Shown: positions 1 through 8,878 of the stretch, piece after piece
Position numbering within the stretch: the stretch's first letter is position 1
How the letters are laid out: every line of letters starts with the position of its first letter
From: a virus
Lineage: Duplodnaviria; Caudoviricetes
Strand: one strand, 5' to 3'
Length of the DNA: 54,373 nt
Virus record (IMG/VR): IMGVR_UViG_3300027869_000008
Span: 1 to 54,373 of that record
Position numbers and translations under genes: made by a program
Notes under the pieces: generated by a model
What the model was told of the DNA's origin: nothing
Seen by the model: only the letters and a program-made list of their open reading frames with translations
Databases searched by the model: none

Positions 1-137
1 TCTGTAGCTACTCCTCCACTATAGCCGCCGTAGCCTCCGTAGTAGGGGGAGGTTCCGTAGGGACTTCCTCCGTAACTTGAACCGTAGGAACTACCGTAAC
101 CGTATGGTGAGCCACCGTAGCCATATCCATAAGGAGA
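1..137. repeat. Terminal direct repeat (left copy); circular assembly overlap
   Basis: 1-137 matches 54236-54373 except that this copy lacks one T (ctac-tcc vs ctacttcc). Confidence 0.95.
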
Positions 138-992
138 ACTTGAGTATCCATAAGGAGACCCTGAGTATCCAGTGCCCCCATAGCCACTATAACCATAAGG
201 GGAACTAGAGTAGGCAGGGGGATAGGAGGAGCCATAACTTGGAGTATTCCCACCTATAGGCGTCCAAGGACCTGCAACTCCATTTGTAACGGAGGCCATC
301 GCCCCTCCAGGAGTTCCCCCACCTTGTGCTGGATAACTTCCGTACCCATAAGGGCTACCGTACCCAGATGAATAACCTCCACCCATCGATGGCCCATAAC
401 CGTAGCCATTGAAATTACCCATCGTTGGGGGGTAACCATATGAACCCATCATCCCATTGATCCCTCCAGTGAAGGGAGGAGTCATCCCACCTGTTTGACC
501 TACTCGTCCTGCCCAGAGTTGGTAGGGGTTAAGACCTTGGTTGCCACCAGAACTAGCTGGGGGGACTGGGGGAGTTGTGGTGCTTACACCACCGGGTAAC
601 TGAGTGAGGCCGGGGCGATTCGAGGTGCCTGCATCCATAGAGGCTCTGCGGATAGGGGCTTGTTGAGTCTGAAGAGGGGGAGTAGCTGGAGGCATGGGAG
701 CTCCAGTTCCTCCGGTGTTGGTGGGGGTTCCACTTCCACTCCCAGGGGAGGATAGGGAGGGGAGATTCGTACCATATTGGGAATTGAAGAATTGAGTATC
801 TGTCCCTTGACCGCTGAGATATCCTGCGTCGAGACCCATGAGGCCACCGAATTCTTGGATCTGTTCGGGGGTGAGATAGCCCTGCATTCCATCCCAGCTT
901 TCGAGGGTATCCCCTGAGCCGGAGGGATTCGTCTGAGGGGCATTATGGAGAAGCTGCCCAGCGAGTGTGGTGTATGGATCAGTGGTAGCCAT
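1..992 (-). CDS. 5' part of a ~438-aa G/S/Y/P-rich low-complexity putative internal virion protein spanning the contig junction (continues 54247..53912)
   Basis: Hand translation from ATG 992 (MATTDPYTTLAGQLL...) is open to position 1. With the right-hand repeat copy it joins in frame to ORF 53912..54223. Missing from the ORF track. Confidence 0.85.
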   Translation of the reverse strand, partial: MATTDPYTTLAGQLLHNAPQTNPSGSGDTLESWDGMQGYLTPEQIQEFGGLMGLDAGYLSGQGTDTQFFNSQYGTNLPSLSSPGSGSGTPTNTGGTGAPMPPATPPLQTQQAPIRRASMDAGTSNRPGLTQLPGGVSTTTPPVPPASSGGNQGLNPYQLWAGRVGQTGGMTPPFTGGINGMMGSYGYPPTMGNFNGYGYGPSMGGGYSSGYGSPYGYGSYPAQGGGTPGGAMASVTNGVAGPWTPIGGNTPSYGSSYPPAYSSSPYGYSGYGGTGYSGSPYGYSSSPYGYGYGGSPYGYGSSYGSSYGGSPYGTSPYYGGYGGYSGGVAT

Positions 993-997
993 TTGAA

Positions 998-3157
998 TCA
1001 GCCAATCTGTGGGCCTACACCCACGGGTTTATCTACGACGAGCCACTCCAGGGAGTCGATTTCTACGACTCCGGTGCCAGCGACGGCAACGTTCGCGTCC
1101 TGAACGGTCTCACCGACATCGAGAGTATAAGTCCAACGCTTCGCGTTTGCAAGAGGATATGTGGTGGGGGTGTTATTGCGGGGATTGTGAGGGTCAGGGT
1201 TATCTCCACCGTTCACGGTAGGTGTGATTGTGGAGATTGTCCCAGAACCGAATCCACGAATCTGCACCTCTCGGGCGAAGACTCGTTGATGGGCGGCTTG
1301 GGAGCCGAAGATTTCTCGGGAGATGAAGCTCCAGGGGATTGCTCCTCCGCCTTCCTGAGTGAGGTCTCCGCATTGCCAACGGTGAGATGCTCCGTCGCTG
1401 AAGCCTGAGATGATACTGGTGGGCGTGAAGGTCATGCCACGGAATTGAGTGGCGGCGAAGCCTACTAGGCCTAGGGCGGTGTCGAGTTTTACTACGCTCC
1501 AGGCTTGACGTTCGATATCGTAACAGTAGAGAAGGGTCATGGCCCCATAGCCGTAGGTGATGTAGTCGGATAGTCCAGGGGCGAGTAGACAGTACATTAA
1601 GGGTTTGATCGTCTGGAAACCCTTGCTCAAATAAGCAAAGCTCCAATCGATGGCGAGGGAGGAGCTAGCAGTAGGGATGTCGTTGAAGATATAAGGGTGA
1701 ATCGGACCACTGATGCTATTATCCCGGAGGCCGTCGAAGGCGCTGATACCGAGGTGAGTCAAGCGGACGACTCCAATGCGGGGGACGAATTGGATACTGC
1801 GGGGGGCCACGCAGCCTTGGTCTGTCTGGGCTTGCTGGAGGGAGAAGTTAGCATCGCTGATGAGCAAGGGGGGAGCTAGGAAAGCTGATTGATTCTTGAA
1901 GATAACTACAGCGGTTTGAGGGGCGATACCAGTTTCAGCGATGGAGAAGGTGGCGATACCGGTTCCTTCAGTGCCATCGGCTTTACCGATGAAGGTGGTG
2001 TTGGCGGTATTCCATATCGTGGGGTCATTTAGGTTTGACTGGCGGAGGGCACAGGGACCATCGAGACCATTTGAGTGATCTTGGGGGAAGGTGTTCCAGG
2101 CCCAGAGAAAGCCGTTGATGAAAGCACCGTGGGCCATTCCAGGAGGGACGTTGTTAGCTGGGGGGAGGATTGTACCGGAGCCTCCGAGACCAAGGGGGGC
2201 TACGCTCCCACCCCCACCTGGGGGGAGATTAATGTACCAAGGAGGAGCTCCGTTTCCTAGAGCTAGGACGACGTTCCCTAGCATAGGGATTTGGAGGGGA
2301 AGAGAGCTTGAACGACCGAGGATTCCTCCGCTTAGAGTGGCGTTAGTGAAATTACTTAAGGCAGCGGAGCCACTCCAATAACCACCAACTGGGGTAACGC
2401 CACGCCCAGCGGCGCTCCAGAAGTTATCTATGGGGAAGGTTCCGAAGGAGAGGGCTTTAGTGTAGGTGGAAGCGTTACCTAGGCCAATGTAGAAATGTAA
2501 ACCTACTCCAGTTGTGTTTGCTCCAGGGGGAGAAGTGGCATTCGGGGCAGTGTTGCCATCGTCGATGAAGGTGGTGGAGCCGGAGTAGGTAGTGGATTGG
2601 AAGAGGGCATCGTTGATTCCACCGTAGCGTCCCGTGGGGAGAATTTGGGTTTCTGTGCCGGAGGAGCGACCGTAGACGTTATAGCCAATGGGGGAGCCCT
2701 GATAGGTCCAGGTGAGTTTAACGGCGTTGTCGCCACCCGCTAGAACGATGGTTACTTCTACACAGGCGAGAGTCTCTCCGATGGAATCGATGGCGCTGAC
2801 ACGATAAGCGTAGGTGGTACCGGGGATTAGGGTGCCTCCAGCGACATTGACGCTTGTTAAAGTTAGACCTGTGGGAGTTCCTGCGGCGATGCCGGTCTCC
2901 CGGCGAATCATGTATTGAGTGAATCCAGGGAGGGGGGCGGCTTCGTTGGAGAGGATTGTAGGGTAGGTGGGTCCAGCGTCGGTGCAGCTTAGGACCTCAG
3001 CGGTTCCATCGATGGTGCGGAGGGCTCCATTCGTAGTAAAGACCATCCCTTGGATCTGGGGGACAGTATTAGGCGTCTGAGCGAAGACCTGTGAGGTAGC
3101 GTCTACGCCTTGGGCGAAGTTTACTTGGCTGATTACACGTTCACCTTTATTTGCCAT
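998..3157 (-). CDS. Tail nozzle / DNA-stabilisation protein (P22 gp10 / T7 gp12-like) with inserted FN3-like domain
   Basis: 719 aa, beta-rich; VIFK, GCVAPRSI, ISGPI, LYCYD..W and W.F.S motifs typical of podoviral nozzle proteins; lies after the adaptor gene. Confidence 0.7.
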   Translation of the reverse strand: MANKGERVISQVNFAQGVDATSQVFAQTPNTVPQIQGMVFTTNGALRTIDGTAEVLSCTDAGPTYPTILSNEAAPLPGFTQYMIRRETGIAAGTPTGLTLTSVNVAGGTLIPGTTYAYRVSAIDSIGETLACVEVTIVLAGGDNAVKLTWTYQGSPIGYNVYGRSSGTETQILPTGRYGGINDALFQSTTYSGSTTFIDDGNTAPNATSPPGANTTGVGLHFYIGLGNASTYTKALSFGTFPIDNFWSAAGRGVTPVGGYWSGSAALSNFTNATLSGGILGRSSSLPLQIPMLGNVVLALGNGAPPWYINLPPGGGGSVAPLGLGGSGTILPPANNVPPGMAHGAFINGFLWAWNTFPQDHSNGLDGPCALRQSNLNDPTIWNTANTTFIGKADGTEGTGIATFSIAETGIAPQTAVVIFKNQSAFLAPPLLISDANFSLQQAQTDQGCVAPRSIQFVPRIGVVRLTHLGISAFDGLRDNSISGPIHPYIFNDIPTASSSLAIDWSFAYLSKGFQTIKPLMYCLLAPGLSDYITYGYGAMTLLYCYDIERQAWSVVKLDTALGLVGFAATQFRGMTFTPTSIISGFSDGASHRWQCGDLTQEGGGAIPWSFISREIFGSQAAHQRVFAREVQIRGFGSGTISTITPTVNGGDNPDPHNPRNNTPTTYPLANAKRWTYTLDVGETVQDANVAVAGTGVVEIDSLEWLVVDKPVGVGPQIG

Positions 3158-3160
3158 AGG

Positions 3161-3973
3161 TTATCCCCACGCTACCGTTCGGAGGAATTGTTGTTCTCGG
3201 AAAGCTAGCATAGACTGGCGGATTCTATTCTTTGCTTCGGGAGAGGACTTAAAAACTCCTCTGCCAATTCGATTCCAGCGACTATGGATTCGATTCTTTC
3301 TAGCTTCCGATTGGGCAGGAGTTTCTGGTAGTTCACCAGAAGCATAACGCCTTTTCAGAGTGGCACTGATAGACTTCCGGCGCTCCTCGGGAGTCAGCTT
3401 ACCTCGGTTACTTATAGCCATACGGGTCTTCCATTCTTCAGTTTTAGGGGCGTTTCGCCCAAGACTTAGGTTAGCTTCCACCTTAGCCCTCTTCTCAGGG
3501 GATAGTTCTCGACTCCACGTTACTAACCCTTGGCGGTGTCGATTGACGTACTCAGGATCGCTGAGTTGTTTTTGCTTGGCGACTCTGAGCTTCTCAATCG
3601 TTTCAGGAGAAACAGGATGTCCTATAAGGCTTCGAGATAACTTATCCCTGGATTCTTGAGATAATACCCTTCCAGGCTCTCCCTCCCCTCCATCGCTAAG
3701 GTTAGTTAAGTCACAACCCATATCTCTATAATACTTAATCCATCTCCTTTCCGCTTCAGCCCAATTTCCTCCACTCGGAACTACCTCAACAATTTCCATA
3801 ATGAAACATTCACCGGCTTCGATTAAACAACGAAACCAGTTAGCCTTCCAGGTGTCGTCCTCAGACTCACGCTTCCAATGTTGATACCGCTTCTTAGGGT
3901 CAACAGTCTTACCGACATAGCGAATAGCTTTGTCTCTAGGATCACGGAGAATATAGATCGAAGTTGATTTCAT
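3161..3973 (-). CDS. GIY-YIG homing endonuclease with NUMOD3-like repeats
   Basis: SIYIL...RYVGKT, AERRWI, LTNLSDGGEG, then S.ESRDKLS / SPETIEKL / TEEWKTRM repeats. Confidence 0.9.
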   Translation of the reverse strand: MKSTSIYILRDPRDKAIRYVGKTVDPKKRYQHWKRESEDDTWKANWFRCLIEAGECFIMEIVEVVPSGGNWAEAERRWIKYYRDMGCDLTNLSDGGEGEPGRVLSQESRDKLSRSLIGHPVSPETIEKLRVAKQKQLSDPEYVNRHRQGLVTWSRELSPEKRAKVEANLSLGRNAPKTEEWKTRMAISNRGKLTPEERRKSISATLKRRYASGELPETPAQSEARKNRIHSRWNRIGRGVFKSSPEAKNRIRQSMLAFREQQFLRTVAWG

Positions 3974-3987
3974 TAAGTCCTTTGTTT

Positions 3988-5328
3988 TTAAGGAAGTAGC
4001 CAGCCTCCGCCGTAGCTGCCGCCAAAAATTTCGCGCCCTGTAGCAGCACCCATCTGAAAAGGTCCTGGATAATCAGAAGCTCTCATCGCTCTAATCTGAG
4101 TCTCGAACTCTGCCCGTAACTGAGCGGCCCCTTCTCTATCTTGCTCTGCCTCACGGAAGTAACTGAGGAGATAAAGACTGAGGGGTCCGTGCCATTCATT
4201 AGGGATCTGGAGAGTCTGCGAAGCCATTCCTTGAACATAGTTGGGGAAGTGTTTACGGAGTCCGGCGAAGCGGATGTTGAGTTCGGTGATCGTGGCTCCC
4301 CCGTTGGCGAAGCTGAGGGCGGGAGTTCCACCGAGGGCACGGGTTACGTTAGTCATTTGAGGGGTGGCGTTAATCGCTGAATAAGCAATGATCTCAGTGC
4401 GAGGAGCTCCAGGGTAATAGCCTGCGTTTCCGGGGGAGGGATTCCCGGTGATAGCGGCGAGGCCGAAGGGGAGGACAAAGTTGGCGGAGCTCGTTAGGGT
4501 GATGGTGGTGTCACCGATATTAATCTGAGCTCCATTCGTTGTGGAGCCTGAGGTGCGCTGGGGTTGAGGGAAGACTTCAGCGATGGCTCGTTCGGCGTTG
4601 TAGCTGACAGCGGCTCCCCACGAGTAGCCATTCGTGGAGTTCGCGTAGAAGAAATTACGCTTATTGAAGATCTCCATTACATACCCATCGTACCAACCGT
4701 GGGTGAGACGCTTCCACAGGCCGGTGAGGGTATACATGGGGACAGCGTTGATGCTACCTACTCCAGTGACATCTCGGATTCCTCCAGTGTAATTCGCGGC
4801 GAGACGAAGGCCATTATTTAGCCACATATACATCTGGGCGGCACTGATGAGCTTACCGTCTTGGTCGGGGAGATAGGCGGTAGAGGCTGTGGCAGGGTAG
4901 CCGGTACCGGCGACTTCGTAGCAGGGAGGGGTGACGCTGCCACCTTGATTTAGAGTAAAGGTGGCGGGGAAGAGACCTGAGGTGATTCCAGGGGTGGGGG
5001 GATAGGTGGTGGGGAAGTAGTCGAAGTAGGCATTCTCGCCACCCGCAGTCAGGCCGTAGTAGATACGGATGCGGACAGCGGTGGGATCTGGGGTGAAGGT
5101 TACTTGAATGCTATGATTCGCGCCGACTACTTGACCGGAGGATTCAGCGGACGGAATCGATTCTCCCCAGAGATTGAACTGGGAGACTTTTAGGTAGTAG
5201 GTGGTGGCGGGGATAGGGTTTGCGCCGACTGCTACGACAGCGTAAGATAAGCCAGTGGGCGGTCCAAGGGTAAGGGGCTTATCGGGGCCCAGGATGCGAG
5301 CTTGTACGATGGCGTCTCCGACGGTCAC
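3988..5328 (-). CDS. Head-tail adaptor / tail tubular protein A-like, with inserted FN3-like domain
   Basis: MTVGDAI start, WLNNGL, VFPQP, IPNEWHGPL..Y...EQD adaptor-like motifs; lies between capsid and nozzle genes. Confidence 0.6.
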   Translation of the reverse strand: MTVGDAIVQARILGPDKPLTLGPPTGLSYAVVAVGANPIPATTYYLKVSQFNLWGESIPSAESSGQVVGANHSIQVTFTPDPTAVRIRIYYGLTAGGENAYFDYFPTTYPPTPGITSGLFPATFTLNQGGSVTPPCYEVAGTGYPATASTAYLPDQDGKLISAAQMYMWLNNGLRLAANYTGGIRDVTGVGSINAVPMYTLTGLWKRLTHGWYDGYVMEIFNKRNFFYANSTNGYSWGAAVSYNAERAIAEVFPQPQRTSGSTTNGAQINIGDTTITLTSSANFVLPFGLAAITGNPSPGNAGYYPGAPRTEIIAYSAINATPQMTNVTRALGGTPALSFANGGATITELNIRFAGLRKHFPNYVQGMASQTLQIPNEWHGPLSLYLLSYFREAEQDREGAAQLRAEFETQIRAMRASDYPGPFQMGAATGREIFGGSYGGGWLLP

Positions 5329-5355
5329 CCTTCTCCTTTATGTTCCACATAAATG

Positions 5356-5377
5356 GGCTGTAGCGACTACTACAGCC
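5356..5377 (-). other. 8-bp hairpin directly after the micro-peptide stop
   Basis: ggctgtag-N6-ctacagcc perfect inverted repeat. Confidence 0.5.
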
Positions 5378-5481
5378 TAGCGACGGCCTCGTCGCCGTGG
5401 GGCACGCTTGACGATACGCTGTTTAGCGTAGGACTTCCGGCCCCCCATTCTCATTCCTTTGTGTCTGGACATTCTGTGCAT
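5377..5481 (-). CDS. 34-aa Arg/Lys-rich protamine-like peptide (MHRMSRHKGMRMGGRKSYAKQRIVKRAPRRRGRR)
   Basis: Hand translation; RBS AAGGAGGATAACTCA-ATG; fills an intergenic gap; no acidic residues. Confidence 0.8.
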   Translation of the reverse strand: MHRMSRHKGMRMGGRKSYAKQRIVKRAPRRRGRR

Positions 5482-5503
5482 TGAGTTATCCTCCTTGAAT
5501 TCA

Positions 5504-5560
5504 GGTGGGAGTGCCCTCTAGATCATAACGCTCCCCCGAGCGTTTGACCTCACCCCCACC
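5504..5560 (-). other. Long bulged hairpin (10+6+7 bp); possible RNase III / processing or regulatory site
   Basis: ggtgggggtg/cactcccacc, aggtca/tgatct, aacgctc/gagcgtt with a 6-nt bulge. The G-U pairs work only on the minus (sense) strand. Confidence 0.65.
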
Positions 5561-5566
5561 AACTTG

Positions 5567-5971
5567 TTAGTTTCCTGCAACCTCGAAGTCGTACAATAAC
5601 TGTCCGTTGGCCACATTTCCCATGGTGACAATCACACTGATTGAATTGATGGCGATGTCTGTGCAAAAACTTGTTACCTCATCGGGGAGATCAGAAGCCG
5701 CGAAGGACGCACCAGGGCCACGGAGGACACGAGTGTTTGTGCCGTCAGTGGCAGTGACTTTGAGTCCGGTGATTTGGCCTGCACCTGCTCCGGGGTAGCT
5801 TGTAGCCTTAAATCGGAGTTGTCCTTGATGGATGGTGATTCCAGTAGGGAGAGCTGTAGCTGTGGTGGTCGTAGCATTCGTCGCTGCTGTGGTAGCCAAA
5901 GTCGAAGCGTAGACCATCGGAGGGACTCCGAAGTTTGGAATGCGGTCGTAGATGCTGTGAACGAATGCCAT
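5567..5971 (-). CDS. Putative capsid decoration protein, paralogue 2
   Basis: Start MAFVHS with RBS AAAGGA; Thr-rich beta protein after the capsid gene; similar to 5992..6435. Confidence 0.6.
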   Translation of the reverse strand: MAFVHSIYDRIPNFGVPPMVYASTLATTAATNATTTTATALPTGITIHQGQLRFKATSYPGAGAGQITGLKVTATDGTNTRVLRGPGASFAASDLPDEVTSFCTDIAINSISVIVTMGNVANGQLLYDFEVAGN

Positions 5972-5991
5972 GTCGGTAAGTCCTTTGTTTT

Positions 5992-6435
5992 CTAGGGCTC
6001 CAAGCACAATTCAAAATCTAAAACCGATTGTCCATTCGCGACGTTCGTCATAACTACGACGAAGGCGATAGTCGGGGCGAGCAGAGGGTTCTGGACCGTG
6101 ATAAGGTCTGTGATGAAATCGAAGGTGAAGTCGAATAGGGCGGAGGCCGCTTGAGCGGGGACTTCAGCTAGGATTAGGGTGTTCGTGCCATCGCTGATTT
6201 GGACGGTGACAGAGCTCACAACACCAGCGCCGGTTCCAGGATAGGTGAGGGCGATGGTGTTCTGAGTCTTAACACGAATCTTACCAGCGGTGATCGATAC
6301 CATGCTACCCAACTGGGCGTTGGTGAACGTGGTCGTGGTGGTCGCGTTCGTGGCATTGGTCACCCCGGTCTTGGAGAAGGTGAGTGGGGTACCGTAACCG
6401 ATTGTCGTTTTCTGGAGCGAGTTGATAATCGCCAT
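5992..6435 (-). CDS. Putative capsid decoration protein, paralogue 1
   Basis: Directly downstream of the capsid gene, RBS AGGAG, beta-rich. Confidence 0.6.
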   Translation of the reverse strand: MAIINSLQKTTIGYGTPLTFSKTGVTNATNATTTTTFTNAQLGSMVSITAGKIRVKTQNTIALTYPGTGAGVVSSVTVQISDGTNTLILAEVPAQAASALFDFTFDFITDLITVQNPLLAPTIAFVVVMTNVANGQSVLDFELCLEP

Positions 6436-6456
6436 AGTGTTATAGTCTCCTGTGCG

Positions 6457-7443
6457 TTAGCTCGCCAGCGAAGTGATCGCGACCTGATTGCGGGGGCCGA
6501 CGCAGGACACGTTCCAGGTTACGTACATCGAGGAAGTGATGACGCGCTGGTTCGAGGGCTTCAGCCACGGGTCGATTGTGAAATAGTCGTCTTCGTGGAA
6601 GACGGGCCAGAGGTACTTGGTGTTCAGGATGAAGGCGACGCCGGTGGGGGCGAAGCGGTCAGCGAACACGACGCAGTTGTTGAAGAGGAAGTGATAGCGG
6701 AAACCTGCTTGCACGGCCTCTTGGTCCTGCATGTTTGAAGTGAAACGCTCCAGGCCCACGAAGTTCTGCTTGAAGGCGGCGAACTGGGTCTGAGTCATAA
6801 TCATCAGATCGGGTTCGTCGTAGCCGAAGACGGTGGATTGATAGGCAGTCTCAGCGATGGTCGGGGTGAGGTTGCCGCCACCACCGGAGACGTTCGCCTG
6901 GGGGAGCCAGAAGGCATTCGCGGCGGTTGCGCGGTTGATTCCAGCGATGGTATTGTTGGTCGTCTGGACCCAGGAGACGAGATCGTCAACGTCCAAGGAG
7001 GTGTTCTGGGGAGCCGTGTGCCAGAGAGCTCGGCAGAGCTTTTGTAAGAGGGAGGCTGAGGCGATCTGGAACTTCGTCTTTACGATGTCCAGACCCATCG
7101 CTCCGCCACGGTTTAAGATGATGTCCGTGATGGGGAGGGAGAGGGTCTGGCGGTAGAATTTCCAGACTTGGTTCGCGGGTTGGATCGAGTCCACGACTGC
7201 GGTATCCAAGAGCTGGTCACCGTAGTAAGCTCCGCCCGTCATTTCTTCAGTGGTGGCGAGAGGGTAGACGAGCTCGCCAGTGGCGAACTTCTTACCTTCG
7301 CGGGTGAAGCCCCACCACACGGGGGAAGGCAGGAAGACCACATCACCGATGATCGGTTGGATGTGCTTCTCGGTGATCGCGTTCGCCGTGTTCACTAGTT
7401 GAACGGGCGGGGTGTTCATTCCCGTGCCTACTTGAAAACTCAT
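6457..7443 (-). CDS. Major capsid protein
   Basis: 328 aa; WKFY, IAGINRAT..FW, PDLMIMT, AGF...LFN, FILNTKYL, C..PRNQ motifs of HK97-fold podoviral capsids; strong RBS and biased codons; follows the scaffold. Confidence 0.9.
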   Translation of the reverse strand: MSFQVGTGMNTPPVQLVNTANAITEKHIQPIIGDVVFLPSPVWWGFTREGKKFATGELVYPLATTEEMTGGAYYGDQLLDTAVVDSIQPANQVWKFYRQTLSLPITDIILNRGGAMGLDIVKTKFQIASASLLQKLCRALWHTAPQNTSLDVDDLVSWVQTTNNTIAGINRATAANAFWLPQANVSGGGGNLTPTIAETAYQSTVFGYDEPDLMIMTQTQFAAFKQNFVGLERFTSNMQDQEAVQAGFRYHFLFNNCVVFADRFAPTGVAFILNTKYLWPVFHEDDYFTIDPWLKPSNQRVITSSMYVTWNVSCVGPRNQVAITSLAS

Positions 7444-7456
7444 AAGTCCTCCTGAA

Positions 7457-7999
7457 TCAGATAGATACAGCCAAAGTGTTCGAGTCTACTTCGCCTAATT
7501 CCCGCTCCCTTTGGTGCGGGCAGCCTCCAAATTTACCCTTAGCGAAGTTACAGTTCATACACAAGAGACTGTACTTATCTTTCGGGTATCCTTCGGCTCT
7601 AGCCATCCGGTACATCTTAAATCCAGTAATGCCTTTCTCATGCTGCTCCCTTCCATTTACATGGTCGAGAGTTAGAAACTCGTGGCGATCTTCGCCACAA
7701 CACTGACAGCTACCACCGTAAGCTCGGATGAAGTCTCGTTTAGTCCGTGCACGTTCTCCACGCTCATAGTTCCTAAGCTTCTCGGAATTCTGAGACTTAT
7801 AAGACTTAATCCGTTCCAATGACTTCTCCAAGGTCTTCAAAGTCCAACGGCGTTTGTATTCCTTAGCTTTCTCAGGATGGGCTGTTAACCAATCCTTCCG
7901 AACTTTCTTACTAAACTCAAGGTGAGTCTGGTAGTACTTCTTGCATCTACGATTCACCGATGCTCTCGCTGCTTCCGAGTTGGGATCAGCGTAGGGCAT
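7457..7999 (-). CDS. HNH homing endonuclease
   Basis: YGGSCQCCG..LTLDHVN...LLCMNCN..K; start probably MPYADP. Confidence 0.88.
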   Translation of the reverse strand: MPYADPNSEAARASVNRRCKKYYQTHLEFSKKVRKDWLTAHPEKAKEYKRRWTLKTLEKSLERIKSYKSQNSEKLRNYERGERARTKRDFIRAYGGSCQCCGEDRHEFLTLDHVNGREQHEKGITGFKMYRMARAEGYPKDKYSLLCMNCNFAKGKFGGCPHQRERELGEVDSNTLAVSI

Positions 8000-8001
8000 T
8001 T

Positions 8002-8871
8002 CTACTGTACACTCCACATCGACGGATCATTCCGGGCGGCATCGATAGCCTGACCGAAGGGATCGTGACGGTTGATCTTGCTCATGTCTACTTTTGGTTT
8101 CTGAACGGGAGAGCCTCCACCACCGGGGCGGGGAATCGAGACGATTCGATTCTGCTGACGCCCTTCAAGCTCCTTGACCTTACCATCGAGTTCTTTCTTT
8201 TCCTCAGACGCACGTCTGAGTTCAGCCTCACGCTTGGCGCTCAAACGGGATTCACGGAGGCGATCTGCGGTGCGTCGGATATTCGGGGTACCGAAGTTGT
8301 CGAGGTCACGGGCGTCATTCGCCATCTTGATGAGGTCGGCTCGGGAGGGGACGGGATCGTCACCGTAGGCTTCCTTCAGGGAGGAGGAGGCGTAGTCGTA
8401 TTGACGGTCCCAACGTTCCTCTGCGAGCATTGTGGCGAGGGCTTGTTGGGAGCGGCCCATCATTTGCAATGACCTAACTAGGGCTTCACGATCCTTCTGG
8501 AGCCAGTCCACGAGGGGGGAAAATTCGACGCTACCTTGATAGGTGCGGAGGGGGGCGTAGTAATCGTTTTGATCGGGAGCACCAGCGGGTGCAGACCCAG
8601 GTGCGACGGAACGTGTCGCAGCGGCTTCTTGGATGGCACGTTCACGCTCTTGAACGCGAGCGAACATGTTTGCTACGTCAGCGGCTTGGGAGTCGAGCTC
8701 GGAGCGGAGACGGGTGAGCTCCTGGTCGCGGGTGCTCAATTTCTGTTCACGCTCAGCGTGGAGGGAGCGTAGCTCCCCGATGGTCGTCTGCTTCCCGTTA
8801 CCTAGGGTGAAGACGGTCTCGTCGGGGAAGTTCTTTTTATCTTGGAGGATTTCGTTCAATACGTTAGGCAT
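8002..8871 (-). CDS. Capsid scaffolding protein (putative)
   Basis: Charged coiled-coil protein upstream of the capsid gene. Confidence 0.65.
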   Translation of the reverse strand: MPNVLNEILQDKKNFPDETVFTLGNGKQTTIGELRSLHAEREQKLSTRDQELTRLRSELDSQAADVANMFARVQERERAIQEAAATRSVAPGSAPAGAPDQNDYYAPLRTYQGSVEFSPLVDWLQKDREALVRSLQMMGRSQQALATMLAEERWDRQYDYASSSLKEAYGDDPVPSRADLIKMANDARDLDNFGTPNIRRTADRLRESRLSAKREAELRRASEEKKELDGKVKELEGRQQNRIVSIPRPGGGGSPVQKPKVDMSKINRHDPFGQAIDAARNDPSMWSVQ

Positions 8872-8878
8872 AAGAGGG

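Noticed and set aside
8-943. Track ORFs 8..253, 254..439, 584..943 (also 53989..54366)
   Set aside because: Alternate-frame shadows of the junction-spanning gene.
3161-3973. Group I intron around the GIY-YIG (or HNH) gene
   Set aside because: Flanking genes are complete and spacers are only 2-14 nt, leaving no room for a ribozyme core.
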